Shown: piece by piece, positions 50,405 through 63,136 of the stretch | Position numbering within the stretch: the first letter of the stretch is position 1 | Layout of the letters: each line of letters starts with the position of its first letter | Assembly: GCA_037447605.1 (NCBI GenBank) | Contig: CM074820.1 | Location: 1,364,001 to 1,428,000, forward strand | Origin: Zygnema circumcarinatum SAG 698-1b | Lineage: Eukaryota > Plantae > Zygnematophyceae | Reading direction: 5' to 3' | DNA length: 64,000 nt | Program-made: the position numbers and the translations under genes | Notes under the pieces: model-generated | What the model was told of the DNA's origin: nothing | The model's database searches: none | The model's input: the letters and a program-made list of their open reading frames with translations, nothing else

Positions 50405-52464
50405 TCACTTGTCTTTGTCCGACTCGCGCTTTGGCTTCGATTTCTTGAACAGCTTCCGATGCAACACCGCTAGAATCTTATAAAACCAGAATACATTCAT
50501 CATCTGAATGCCGGATGCGCCCACCTGCAACGTCATGCCACCACCCGTTTGTCTCTCTCTCATTGCACAAACACACACAGTTTGATAAAAAAAAAACTTC
50601 CGAAAAGGCAAAAACATATTTGTAAACATTAGGGGCGCAAGGTGAAGGTGCTCGCCTTCACCGCTAGAGGGCTGTCCGACAAGAGGGCCGCCCACAGGAG
50701 GAAGGGAGCGACAACTATCCGAGCGACTGTGAATGTGAGGGCAAAGAGAATCTGCATGCAACACATTTAACCAACAGAGAGGTAGAGAGAGAAAGGGAGA
50801 GAGAGATGAATGAAAGCGAGAATATTTTAGTTAGAGACTGGAACGGGGACCCAAAGGTTTAGACTGAAGATAGCGGGACTTCACACCATTTGAAGGGAGA
50901 AAGTGAGTGGAGATTCAGAGGGGAGGGGAAGAGTTGAGGGCACAGAATCAGGGTTGTCTTGAGCATAGAATGCAACGTGGTGACAAGACAAATCCAATTA
51001 ATAGTATTTGGATATGAAGGACTCACATTATTGATAAAGGCTCCGAACGAATCGTTTTGGCTGACCTCGCGGAGCAGCACTCGCACATGCATACAGGGGT
51101 TGGAGAGCTCCATCAGCCAGAGGCAGCCTACCAGCTCCGTCCCGCACTGCTCTCCAACAGCCTCAGTAAGCACTCAAGGTTAAGCCCTCAGGTTGACTGA
51201 CATCATTACAAATGCAGGCATTGAAACAGAGGAAATCAAGGCTAGTAACAACACCTCTCAAATCCTCGGGGTTCATGGAATCATCCTGTTACCCTCAGTG
51301 AATGGTCACCCCTTCAATTAGGCAAGCTGTGCATGCATCACTACACACCGATTAAAATCAGTTTTATATCCAGATACACGCTCGTCAACATTGAATGTCT
51401 CACCTTTCCAAGGATGAGGCCATAAGCCAAGCCTAAAATGGTGAAGCAATGGTGAAGTGCCATCGACCAGTCCACCTTGGTATCAAATAGGCCGCAAACG
51501 AAGTCATAAATAAAGTAAGTCGTGCTGACCACCATTGCAAGAACCTGCATCCACAAAAGGGCACGACAGTAAGGAGGAGGGGAAGGCGGTGCAGGAAACC
51601 CTCGACATTGATTCGGACTTCAAGGAGGTCAAAAGTTGCTGTCATAAAACTCATCTCATTCCCTGCCAGTTTATATAGAACGAAATTGTACATAATCTTG
51701 GACATAGCAATGTTTCATCAACAAACAATGCGTACATGCTGCCGAGAGTTTTGTATAATTGCGCAATACTACTGCAATCAAAGGAGCGAATAATATATCA
51801 CGTCACGATTTGGCAATCTGATAAATCCTCCGGTAATTGTAAACTCTCGGTCGATGAAGCTGCTTACTCGCCCGAGAACTCTTTCAATTTTGATTATGCC
51901 TTGCAATAGCACTACCTTGTCTTAAACAAAAGTTTATGGAGGCTCAAACGTGGTAGTATCAAATGCTGCATTGCAAGAGAAGAACCTCATCATTTACAAA
52001 GCCTTAATGCTTTTAGGTTCTTGTAGCCCCCTTGAAATCAGATCTTTGGCTTCCAGTTCAATCATCCGTAGCCCGTGATCATCGAATTGTTTGACATTTC
52101 CTGATTTCCTAATCTCATCTCCAGAAAACCATGCCCTCCACCAAGCCTCCCTGCGCATGCGGGCAGAACCTATACCTGCACGCACCTGCGCCGGAGAGTT
52201 AGGTCCCCCCACAGAGTCGAGGACGTGGCTGGGACTGCTGAGGGCGGGAAGGCAGACGCAGATGGCAAGCATGGCGTGCACGATGGAGACGGCGCGGTTG
52301 CAGAAGTCGAAGGAACGGCCTCGCAGAAAGAAGAACCGCGCACTAAGGAAGGCAGCACTCCAGAAGACAATGCCACCGGCCATGGCGCCGGCGAGGGTGG
52401 CGCGCTCTTCAGGGGAGAGCTGCAGCCATGGGCGGGTGGGCAGCGGCAGCAGCAGCAGCGCCAT
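50405..52464 (-). CDS. TLC (TRAM/LAG1/CLN8) domain membrane protein, TMEM136/TLCD5-like, 5 exons
   Basis: Reads MALLLLPLP...RSFDFCNRAVSIVHA, YFIYD, ALHHCFTILG, CGTELVGCLWLMELSNPCMHVRVLLRE, ILFALTFTVARI and NVFWFYKIL. Stop at 50405-50407. Confidence 0.92.
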
Positions 52465-53723
52465 GGCTGCCAGGCGTCGGAGCTCTCCTGCAGCGCCTGC
52501 CGCCGCCGCCTTGAGGGGGGCTAGCACAAGGCTGCGATGTATCGCAAAATACCATATCGAGATATATCTCGTAAAGTATAATTATTGTGATACGATATAT
52601 TGTTGAATGAATCGTATCGGCGATACGATATGCATGCCTAATAGCTTTTTACTATTGGCTGAAACCATTATACATCGATACGGAATAACGCATAAAATAT
52701 TTATCGCGATATGATATTATCGTCTACAAATGTATATCGCGATACGAAAGTGGGCGGAGTCAGGGGAAACTCTCAAAAGCGCCCCGGGGGGGGGCCGGGG
52801 GGGGGGGAGGAGGTGGTGGGGGAGAGAAGAGGAAGAGGGAGGGGGGGAAACAGTTTTTTTTGGTATCTTATTTTATAGACTTTCGCTTGTCAAAATATGT
52901 ATCGACTAAGTCACAACTATTACCAGAACTGAGGCATACATAGACTAAGGAAAACTGTGAACGCGCGCCCCTGAACCTGCCGCCACCTTTCTTTCAACAC
53001 AAAACGCCCCCATCCTCCCTCTTTTAGGGTAGCCGCTTACTCAACCGCCATAGTTTTGAAGTCTTAAAGCTTTGCCATGGATTGATGCCACTGTTGTTAC
53101 GCCATGGTTATCCTCTATTCTCCTTCTTTTAATTTTGTTTTTTACATGATACCCGAAGGTGTCATATTGCCTGTGCTTTTGAGATGGGAAAGTCAGTAAA
53201 GGGTCAAATCATTTATGCGCATGCGAACTTTATTTTCAGAATAATTTTCGTGCATACAATGGGCAGTCCTTCTACGGGTCTCACGATGGTGACAGTTGTA
53301 CGGAGAATAGGAATCAAAATTATTGCAGGTAACTCCAAAAAAGTGAAAAAAAAAAAAAATCGCTTCTGAAGTGACCGTAGAAACGTTGCGAGAAGTAAAG
53401 CCACCTTCTTCAAACTCTTCAATTGCCCGCGATTCCAAAATTGGGAGCCATCCGCTCTTATTTCCTGACACTACTCTTCACTTCATATGGCGACTCCATT
53501 TAACTCTCAAAAAATAGGACCCTGGAACTTTGCTTGCTCCATCTTCCGACGAATCCCTTCTCTTCTCTTCTCTTCTTCTCTCAAATCTCGCAGTCTCCAT
53601 CTTCCGTGAGAGAACTTTATTCACAAAATTTATGATAAAGCAGTTGCCGTCTTCCTCCGCCCTCTCGCTTATTCGTAACCAACCCGTCATAACATTCAAA
53701 ATCTCCGCTCGTAGTCAAACCTT

Positions 53724-56700
53724 CTATACTCCAAACGCTGCCAATCCAAAGCTCTCGTTTCCAAATGCGCTTTCTGGGGAGATACCCCGCGGCCGAGCTG
53801 CTGCATCACATAGAAACAACAACGAAAGGTCATCCACAAGGGAGGATTGAAGCATCCCAATTTACATTACTGTCACATGCATCCAAAGTGCATACACAGA
53901 ACGGGAGTCGAGAGAGAGAGAGAGAGATGATGAGAGAGGAGAGAGAGAGCTGATTCACCTCCACTGCTGCTAATGGTGATGGCGGAGCCGCTCCCTCCGG
54001 GAACGAGTGCTTTCAGCTGCTCTACTGTTGCCCTGCTTAGCAAAAACTGCTTCACCAAAGATCGCTGCTCCTTAGCACTGGTTATTCTTCTCAAGGTTTC
54101 CTCAAAGTCCGCCAAAGCTGCTTCTGTTACTCCAGGGAGGGAGCGGAAAATCTGCGGAAAATGGAAGCAAACAGAGTTTCACAGTTGGGGACAAGCAGGA
54201 ACAGCAGCTAAAACTTTCAACGGTAGTTTTTCGAATGAGAGTTTGAGATAAAGGGTGGAGGGAGCTTACCTCTCTCGGAGCTGAACCGAACGGAGTCAGT
54301 CGCAGATAAATGTCCCGCAGCAAACCCAAAATCTCTGCTTGGAAATTGGAGTTTGAGCCCAAAGTTAGGCTGTACATGGCTGCCCGAAACATATCATTTG
54401 CGACAAACTCCCGCAAGTGAAGATTGGAAGGTTGAGTGAGCTCCGGCAGGGCTGCCACTCCCCCACAAAAGAGCATAGCTTTATGACTAGCCTCGCTATC
54501 CGGCCATGTCAGGGCTTCCGTTCCCAGCAAAAGAGCAAGTTTCGCTATCTCCGGAATCTGCATTGTAAAGCTGTGCATAATAATCGACCATAATCGACCG
54601 TTAGAATTAGACCTGCAGCTGAATTGAGGTTTCGAGTGCACGTTTGTGTTAAAGCTTATGTTTGTTAAGCTAATTGGAAAGGATTTCTGCGAAATGCGAA
54701 GGAAGGAAGCTTGCCTTAGCATGGAGGCAGAGTCCACCTGCCGGCTGCCGGTCTGTGCGACCGCTCCTCCCTCTGCAGAGTCCGAAGCAGGAGCACCTTC
54801 TCCCGAGCCATGGCTGCTGAGGAGGACAGCAAGCAAGCCGCACGCTTCCCTTGTGAGCTCACGGAACAGCTTCTCCTCCACCACCTCCTCCAGCAAAACG
54901 GACTTCTTGTTGTCGCCCCCACCTGCATGTAAGTATCCCATCATCAACCAATACCCTATCCAATCAATACCCACCAATATCCAACCAATACCCACCAATA
55001 TCCAACCAATATCCACCAATGCACCAACCTACCTCTCACCCCACCAAGCAAGCAATACCCCCAAGTCTCCAGAAGACGCCAAAAACGAGCCCTCACCCGC
55101 TCCCTGCTGCTGCAGTAGGAGGTGCTGCCAGCTGCCCCCCAGCAGTTGGCGGCAGCGGGCGAGGACAGGTGGCAGCAGCGCAGTGAGCCACGTGGCCCAT
55201 CCCTCCCTCGGGCACGCCCGCACGAGCGGCAGCAGGGTGCTACGGAGAAGCTGCCGCACGTGCCGCGGCTCCATCCCCTCCATCCCCTCCGCGACCACCG
55301 CAAAGCAGAGGGGGTTCAAGGGGCTCAGGAAGAAGGCCGCCCCGCCCTTGGATGCGGCCAACCCTAAAAAGGAGTAGCTGCACATGCATAGCAGAGTTGG
55401 GAATTGGGAGCAAGATTTCATACATTTTCAACAGTTTGTGGAGGATGAAAGAGAGGGAGGGGGAGGGGGAGGGGGAGGGGGAGGGGGAGGGGGAGGGGAG
55501 GGAGGGAGGGGAGGGGGAGGGGGAGGGGGAGGGGAGGGGAGGGGAGGGGAGGGGAGGGGGAGGGGGAGGGGGAGGGGGAGGGGAGGGGAGGGGGAGGGGG
55601 AGGGGGAGGGGGAGGGGGAGGGGGAGGGGGAGGGGGAGGGGGAGGGGAGGGAGGGAGGGAGGGAGGGGGAGGGGGAGGGGGAGGGGGAGGGGGAGGGGGA
55701 GGGGAGGGAGGGAGGGGGAGGGAGGGAGGGAGGGGAGGGAGGGGAGGGGGAGGGGGAGGGGGAGGGGGAGGGGGAGGGGGAGGGGGAGGGGGAGGGGGAG
55801 GGGGAGGGAGGGGAGGGGGAGGGGGAGGGGAGGGAGGGAGGGAGGGAGGGGGAGGGAGGGGAGGGGTCTTCAACGGACCCATTGTCGCGCATGCCTCTGA
55901 GCCAGTCGTGGAGTTCCGCCATGCTGTCTCCCTCCCCTTGAGAGCTCTCCTGCACCCTCTCCCGCGCCTCTCCTAGCAGAGTCGCCTTCTCCTGTTGCCC
56001 GAGCGGGAGAGCGGCCTCTACAGCGGGAGGGAGAGCTGCCCGGACAGAAGGCCGCCAGAGGTTGTGGACCCATTGCAGCACCTGCAAAACTAATGAAAAT
56101 GTTTATCAGAAACATCGTTGTTACGAAAAGCAACTCAGATAAAATCTCGCAGAACTGCAGGGAGGAGAGAGCGGGAGAGGGAGCGCTCACTCGCAGGAGC
56201 GGGTCCAAGGCCCAAGTGAGCTGCTGGGCCACTACCTCCTTGTCAGTCCTCTGTGCCACTTTACATAGCAGGGACAGCACATGGAACAGCGTCCACATCT
56301 GCGAGCTCTCCCACGAAGAAGGGAGAGCCGATTGGTCGGGGAGGGAGGCGGCGACCCACAAGGGGCGGACCGGACGGAGAAGCCACTCCGCCACGGCAGC
56401 TTGCTGCTGCGGTCTGCAACGCACTGAGGAGAAGTTCAGAGCCTCTCCCTCTCCCTCTCCCTCTCCCNNNNNNNNNNTCCCTCTCCCTCTCCCTCTCCCT
56501 CTCCCTCTCCCTCTCCCTCTCCCCTTCCCACTGCGGACATTGGCCAGGAAGGAGGAGCACCCACCCGGCCGGTGCGGCGATGAAGAGGAGTGCCTCGGCG
56601 ACATAGTTGAGCTCGCTCTGTTCCAAATAGCTCCGCTCCCTCAGGCTGCTTATCTGCCCGGCAATGCTCTGCTCTGCCACAGAGACAGCTGTCAGGGGGA

Positions 56701-59700
56701 GACGGGCCAAAAGTACTGTAAAGCATACTAATAGTGGGGGCATAACTTGTCAGCAGCATTTCCTAGTAAACTGTTTAGACCATTGGTGGGCTGTCCTGTT
56801 CCTACCGAAGCTGTCATTTAGCTATTCTTACATGCCTCCATCCCTCCCTTCCCCGTCCTCTTCCCTCTCACTCCTCTCCCTCTCACTCCTCTCCCTCTCA
56901 CTCCTCTCCCTCTCACTCCTCTCCCTCTCACTCCTCTCCCTCTCACTCCTCTCCCTCTCACTCCTCTCCCTCTCACTCCTCTCCCTCTCACTCCTCTCCC
57001 TCTCACTCCTCTCCCTCTCCGCTCCCTTGAAGCTCTTAGGGTTCTTAGGGCACCTCCAAGTGTGGCGCTAGTGCCGGCCCTGCCGCCTTCGCCGCACGCA
57101 GAAAGGATAGGCACACACGGAGACGCTGCTGCCGCACGTGCCGCTGCTCTGCGCTGTGGCTCTGAACCAGAGAACGCTAAGAACAAACTAAGCATCTCCC
57201 TATTGCAAGTGGATTTTAGGGCTTTAGGGCCGTCAGGGCTTCGAAATTCTCTCAGTTTTGAGGTGTACTTAGGTCTGTTCCGTCTACATTGTTTTTGTTT
57301 GGCTAGGGAGAAGCCCTTCATTGAAGAACTGGTTATAATTTCACAGATGTTCAATATTTCAGCATGTTCAGGATAGTTCAATCGCCCCCGCGAATCTGAT
57401 GATGCGCACTCTTTCATGTTCTCTATGACTTCATTTGTTTTTGTTTTCATTTTTCTTCAATGATTTGTCTCAAATGGTTTCACCTTCGGAACTGGGGGCA
57501 AGCTCGCGAGCAGTGAGCAGAACTTGGGCAGGGCAAGGGCCGGGGCATCGGGTGCGAGCTTCCAAAAGGGAGCCATGGCGGCCAACAGCCCTGCCTGCTG
57601 CTCTCGCAGATCGGGAGATCGCCACTCTGCCCCCAAAACCTTCGTGGCAAGCGCTGCCCTCCCTCCTCCCCTTGTGTCAAAGGGAGAATATACTCAGAGA
57701 GAGGAGGGGAGGAGAGGGGAGGAGAGGGGACAGGGGGGAGAGCGAGAGAGAGAGGAGATGGGGAAGAAAGAGAGAGGAGATAGTGAGGAAGGGGGAAGAG
57801 AGGAGGGAGAGAGCGCCGAACATGGGGGAGAAGGAGAGAGTGGAGAGAGAGAGAGGAAGGGAGAAGTGAGAAAGAGAGAGGGGAGAGGAAAGAGAGGGGA
57901 GATAGTGAGAAAGGGGGGAGAGAGGAGAGAGAGAGAGCGCCGAACATGGGGGAGAAGGAGAGAGTGGAGAGAGAGAGAGGAAGAGAGAAGTGAGAAAGAG
58001 AGAGGGGAGAGGGAGCACGATCTTCTCCATCCTGTCAAGAGGATGGATTCAAGTTGCATGCACATCCGTTCCCAATCCTGCAGATAGAACAAACTCGAAT
58101 CTACAGCCAGAATTGCAAGAACAGGAGTAATGCAGGCGTGCTGAACCTACCTCCAACCCTTCAAATCAGAGCAATTCATCGTTATGTTATGCCCATCCCA
58201 ACATTGCAAAACTGACTGCAGACTTCCTACCTTGCATCCTCGAGCCTAATTCAAACTCCTCCGTCGAACTTCTCCCTGCTTGCGCTGCAGAAGCGGCGGC
58301 GGCAGCCATGGCTGCTGGAGGCACAGCGGAAACCACCGTCTCCAGCAAACTCTGCAGACTCTCCAACTCCTCTGCAGCCTGCTCACACCCTCAAAAGCTT
58401 CTTCCCTGCTCATTTTTCCCATTTTCACTTTATGGGGCGAGTTTTTTCCAAGCATGAGTACGGCATTCTACATTTTTTTTAGGGGTTGAAGGTCTGCAGA
58501 GCCCACCCCTGCGTTCCAATCCGAAGCAGAGGCCGCCGCCACGCTCGCCTCCACGCGTGAGAGGGCTTCTCTCACCGCCAAAAGAGGGTGTTGGGCTGTG
58601 ATTAAACGGAGCAACTCCACCTGTCACAGAACCAATTTTAGCACCGGTAATTATCGAGCTCCTTCAATCACGTATACCGCGCAAAATCACCTACTACTAA
58701 GCTTCTTTCTTACGTCGTTTCATTTCTTTCTTTTTTTCTCACTCTCCCTCTCTCCCTCTCCCCTCTCCCCTCTCCCCTCTCCCCTCTCCCCCTCCCCCTC
58801 CCCTCCCCTCCCCTCTCCCCCCTCTCTCTCCCTCTCTCCCTCTCTCCCCCTCTCTCCCCCTCTCTCTCCCTCCTCCCTCCCTCCCTCCTCCCTCCCCTCC
58901 CCTCTCCCTCCCTCCCCTCTCGAACAAATGACTGACCAGCTTGAAGCGGTACTGGCTGTACTCCTCCCCCTCCCCATCCTCCCCCTCCTGCGCATCACTC
59001 TTCCGTGCCATTCTCCTTGCCAGAGAGTCTAGCAGCACCGCCCAAAACTGCGCCGGCACGGCGATGGGAAGGGCCTCCTCCCTGCTCGGCCTCTGCACTG
59101 CCTGCACCTCCTGGGGGGGGGGAGAGGGAGTCTCCCTTGCGAGGGCCTGCATACACGGACTCTCTCACACACATCTGAGACAGGAATTCATCGTCTCTGA
59201 TTTAAAGGCTAGTTGGAGATGCCGAAAAGTGAAGGTGTCCATTAATGTGGCACGATCACCTATCCTGATGTGAAATAGTCGAGCATTTGCCACTACGAGA
59301 AGCAGCAATTCCTTCTTCTGCAGAAAGATCTGCACTGCAGCAGAGAATGGAACTTCTAGATTTCGACCTCGTAAACAGAGACAATAGAGGCAGAGGGAAG
59401 CGAGGAAGGAGAGGGAGAGAGAAAGAGAGAAAGAGAGAGAGATATGGGGGGAGATAGGGAGACCTACCAGGCAAATAGCTGCTGCCTGCGCATGAATCCC
59501 GGAGTTCGGATGTTGAAAATAAGCAAGGATCTGCATGTGATACAGATTCCTGTCAGCATGGCCCTTGTACAGACGGCCTCAAAACGAGCCCATACCAATA
59601 GTATTTCTACCCGATCCGCTCCCTAAAAACCCTACAATTCACATACTTATCTTTTCCCAAAGCAGCAGCTTCCTCCCTCAAGAGACCCACCTGTTCGAGA

Positions 59701-62700
59701 AAAGTTCCGAATCTCTCCTGACTCCTTGTAAGCCCTCGCCTTATGTTCGTGGGGGTCATTGTTGCAAATATTTTACACAATATCTCTGCAAATTCTATCT
59801 CTGATTCGGAAGCTTCTGCGCAGCTGCTCATTCTCTGCAACAGGGCCCGGGAAGCTCCGCTGACCAGATCGAAAATTCGAATCATTGCAGCATCGAATGA
59901 AGCAGCTTCGTCGGAAGGTCTCTTCCTGCAGAAAAAAAAAATACCAAAAAAAAAAAAAATAGCATGAGGGCACAAGTGCAGAGCAACACACATTCAACGA
60001 GAAAGGTAAAAAAAAGTTATTTTGCTTGAAAACCTTACGATCAGTGCTGTCACATGCACACGAAAGTTGATTAGTCGCAATGTGGTTAACCATGAAAAGA
60101 GACAGGAAATTGAGGAGAGGGAAGATGAAGGGGAGTGCGGCGGGCTACGGGCACACCTGGCAGCCAGCAGGCAGAGCAGCTCCCCTGTGCCCATACGCAG
60201 CTCCGGAACTTGCAGCAGGTGCGCGCACCTGCAAGTACGGACTCGCCTTCCGCCACAGCTTAGGACCTTCAAGACATGGTATTGCTGAAAGTAAAGCGTT
60301 CTCTCTCACTCTCCCGATCTCCCTCCCTCTCTCTCTCTCCCTCTCCCGCTCTCTCGACCACTTCCGCTCTCTCTTCCTCTCCCACCGTGTCTTCCTCTCC
60401 CGCTCTCTCTCCCTCTCTCGCTCTCTCGACCACTTCCACTCTCTCTCCCTCTCCCACCGTGTCTTCCTCTCCCGCTCTCTCTCCCTCTCACGCTTTCGCG
60501 ACCACTTCCGCTCTCTCTCCCTCTCCCACCGTGTCTTCCTCTCCCGCGCTCTCTCCCTCTCCCGCTCTCTCGACCACTTCCGCTCTCTCTCCCTCTCCCA
60601 CCGTGTCTTCCTCTCCCGCGCTCTCTCCCTCTCCCGCTCTCTCGACCACTTCCACTCTCTCTCCCTCTCCCGCTCTCTCTCCCTCTCTCGCTCTCTCGAC
60701 CACTTCCGCTCTCTCTCCCTCTCCCACCGTGTCTTCCTCTCCCGCTCTCTCTCCCTCTCTCGCTCTCTCGACCACTTCCGCTCTCTCTCCCTCTCCCACC
60801 GTGTCGCCCTCTCCCGCTCTCTCGACCACTTCCGCTCTCTCTCCCTCTCCCACCGTGTCTCCCTCCCGCGCTCTCTCCCTCTCTCGCTCTCTCGACCACT
60901 TCCGCTCTCTCTCCCTCTCCCACCGTCTCCCGTGTCTTCCTCTCCCGCTCTCTCTCCCTCTCACGCTCTCTCGACCACTTCCGCTCTCTCTCCCTCTCCC
61001 ACCGTGTCTCCCTCCCGCGCTCTCTCCCTCTCTCGCTCTCTCGACCACTTCCGCTCTCTCTCCCTCTCCCACCGTGTCGTCCTCTCCCGCTCTCACACCC
61101 TCTCTCGCTCTCTCGACCACTTCCGCTCTCTCTCCCTCTCCCACCGTGTCTTCCTCTCCCGCTCTCTCGACCACTTCCGCTCTCTCTCCCTCTCCCACCG
61201 TGTCTCCCTCTCCCGCCCTCTCCACTCCCTTTCCGATTCCTCTCTCGTCTCTCCTCTCTCCTCCCTCTGCCCTCCCTCTCGCTCTCAAACCCTTGCCCGC
61301 CCCACTCCCTCTCCCATTCTCTCAATGTCCATCCCTATTGGGGTGTCACAAACGAGTTCTCACTCTTGAAGGAGGGATTCTCCCGCTACCTCTCCCACGG
61401 GGGCCCACTCTGCGTGTGCTCTCACTGCACCCAAAGCCGCTGCTACTGCTCCCGCATGCTCTCTCGCTGCCGGCAGTCTCCCTCTCTCTACCTCTGCCAT
61501 GGCTGCTCGCAGGTGCCGGGCAAGTATCTGCGCAAATACACCATAACACCTTACTTCACTTCACTTTACCTTTCCTTCACTTCACAAAAGCTTCACTGTC
61601 TCGGTTGTAGTTTAACCTGAATAACTTCTCGCAGCGACAAACGACAAAGAGGAATATGAAGGTCCATTTCGCAAGTAAGATTCTTGAGCAGCAAACAGAC
61701 TCCAAGCTTCCCCCTAAAACCCTGCACTGAAAAGTTTCAAACTTGACCTGCTGAAGGCATGAAAGTGTTCCGGAGAGGCTGCTGGTCAGCCCCGCGAGAA
61801 GCGCTCTCTTCTTGTCGGCTGCGCCCTAAGCCTCTCCCTCTATCAAAACACGGCTTCACACACAACACACCATCCAGCGAAGGAGGGAAGGGAAGAAGGG
61901 AATAGCACCCCTTTCAGCGTTTCTTTCAGCATTCCTTTCTAACAGTTTGAATATAAAATCAGAATAGAAAATCACTAACCTTCCAAGTCCTCATGATGGA
62001 CCGTTACATCTTCCGCCACGAACTGCAGAACGAGAGCTACAATCTCAGCCTGCTCCCTTCTCCCAGAGCACTCCCCTCCCATCAATACATTTTCCACTTC
62101 TTATTACTATTATGGTTTGGTTATTGCAGCAGAGCTTGAAGGAGATGCCTTATTTGGGGATGCAGGGCAGCATACATGGGTACAGCTGGCAGAGGCCCCT
62201 GAAATTAGCTCTGGTAAGAGTTTCTGCCAGAGAGAGGAGCCTTCCTGCTTCACCACCTGCAAGGAATAGAGTTTATATTGTATGGCTTAGGAAATACTTA
62301 AAGCAGAGTGATAGTATTCTGGACTGGTCGAGGAGGGAAAGAGACCAAAGGCATCAACAGCTGACAAACAAAGACCCATCTTTGTGGTCAAAGGAAAAAA
62401 AAAGAGGGGGGGGAGGAGGGGGGGTTGTAGATGTGGAGTGGTTTTGTACACCAGACAGAGTAGACAGACAGATCGGTAAGAAGGAATCGAGCATAGTGGA
62501 TACTTCTCTAAAGCTCAAGGAAGAAAGAACCAACTGCAGGTTTGAATGCACAAATTCATTAAACAACGTTCTGATGAATCTAATCTCCCACGAATCTATT
62601 GCCGCTACTAAGTTCCAAAGTTGCCAAACCCGCTTATGTATGAAATCCTTATAAAACCTTGACAAAAAGCGGCGTCGTTTCTCCTGGAAGAAATGGGTAG

Positions 62701-63136
62701 AAAATTCTTGACTCTACACGAGTTATTGTAGAGAAGGATCGAGGAACATAGAGTAAACATTAGCCACTTCTAACAAATAGGCTACACACAGCGAGTGAGA
62801 GATAGACACACACAAAACGAATCTCCTCAACTTCGAAACAAACAACTCAAAACCTCCCTGAACATGAAGACACATGCCAAGACTCTATAGACCCCTTCAG
62901 ACAGTCCTCCGATTAAAGCTACGAACAGAAAACCACTCGCATTCACCATCCAATTGCCCAACATTACTCAGAGCCTGAATGCAAAGGCTCACACTCGCTA
63001 GAAGAGCAGCTGCTTTGCTTTTCACAGCCCATTCCTCCCCCCCAGAAGCCGCCGCGCTGAGAAGGCTCATAGCGAGATCGGCAAAGGAGGTCCGCCCCTC
63101 AGAGCTGAACTCGCTCCACCGAAACTTCACAAGGTG
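53724..63136 (-). CDS. HST: HASTY / exportin-5, 5'-partial (first exons lie beyond the window)
   Basis: HLVKFRWSEFSSEGRTSFADLAMSLL...EEWAVKSKAAALLA matches the HASTY N-terminal region. Internal exons include QVLQWVHNLWRP and YSLTLGSN...EILGLLRDIYLRL. C-terminus LRRITSAKEQRSLVKQFLL...ESFGLAAFGV* (TAG 53724-53726). Confidence 0.88.
54946..55030. repeat. Intronic CCAAT-containing minisatellite (unit approx. CCAATAYCCA) in HST
   Basis: accaataccc...caatacccaccaatatccaaccaatacccaccaatatccaaccaatatccaccaat. Confidence 0.8.
55453..55866 (+). repeat. (GGGGGA)n/(GGGA)n polypurine array in an HST intron
   Basis: About 410 nt of G and A only, mostly GGGGGA hexamers. It produces the spurious GE/GR/P-rich ORFs in the track. 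Confidence 0.95.
56866..57015. repeat. 15-bp minisatellite (TCTCACTCCTCTCCC)x10 in an HST intron
   Basis: Ten perfect tandem units. Confidence 0.95.
57720..58013. repeat. Purine-rich tandem duplication (~130-bp unit x2) in an HST intron
   Basis: GAGAGCGCCGAACATGGGGGAGAAGGAGAGAGTGGAGAGAGAGAG...GAGAAGTGAGAAAGAGAGAGGGGAGAGG occurs twice. Confidence 0.75.
60330..61230. repeat. ~55-72-bp pyrimidine-rich minisatellite, 13 copies of core CGACCACTTCC, in an HST intron
   Basis: Core CTCGACCACTTCCGCTCTCTCTCCCTCTCCCACCGTGTC counted 13 times with variable spacers. It is the source of the 266-444 aa repetitive ORFs. Confidence 0.95.

Noticed and set aside
55352-56087. Long GE/GR/proline-rich ORFs
   Set aside because: These are translations of a (GGGGGA)n intronic array within HST.
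60330-61230. CRISPR-like repeat/spacer pattern
   Set aside because: The spacers are themselves repeated low-complexity CT sequence, the context is a eukaryotic intron and there are no cas genes.
60080-61610. Repetitive ORFs of 266-444 aa that resemble mucin or ice-binding repeats
   Set aside because: They come from an intronic CT minisatellite that is open in most frames for lack of stop codons.
6-63136. A functionally linked gene cluster (sugar transport, glycosidase, dioxygenase)
   Set aside because: The genes are unrelated housekeeping or metabolic functions in mixed orientation, with no pathway logic or shared unique motif.
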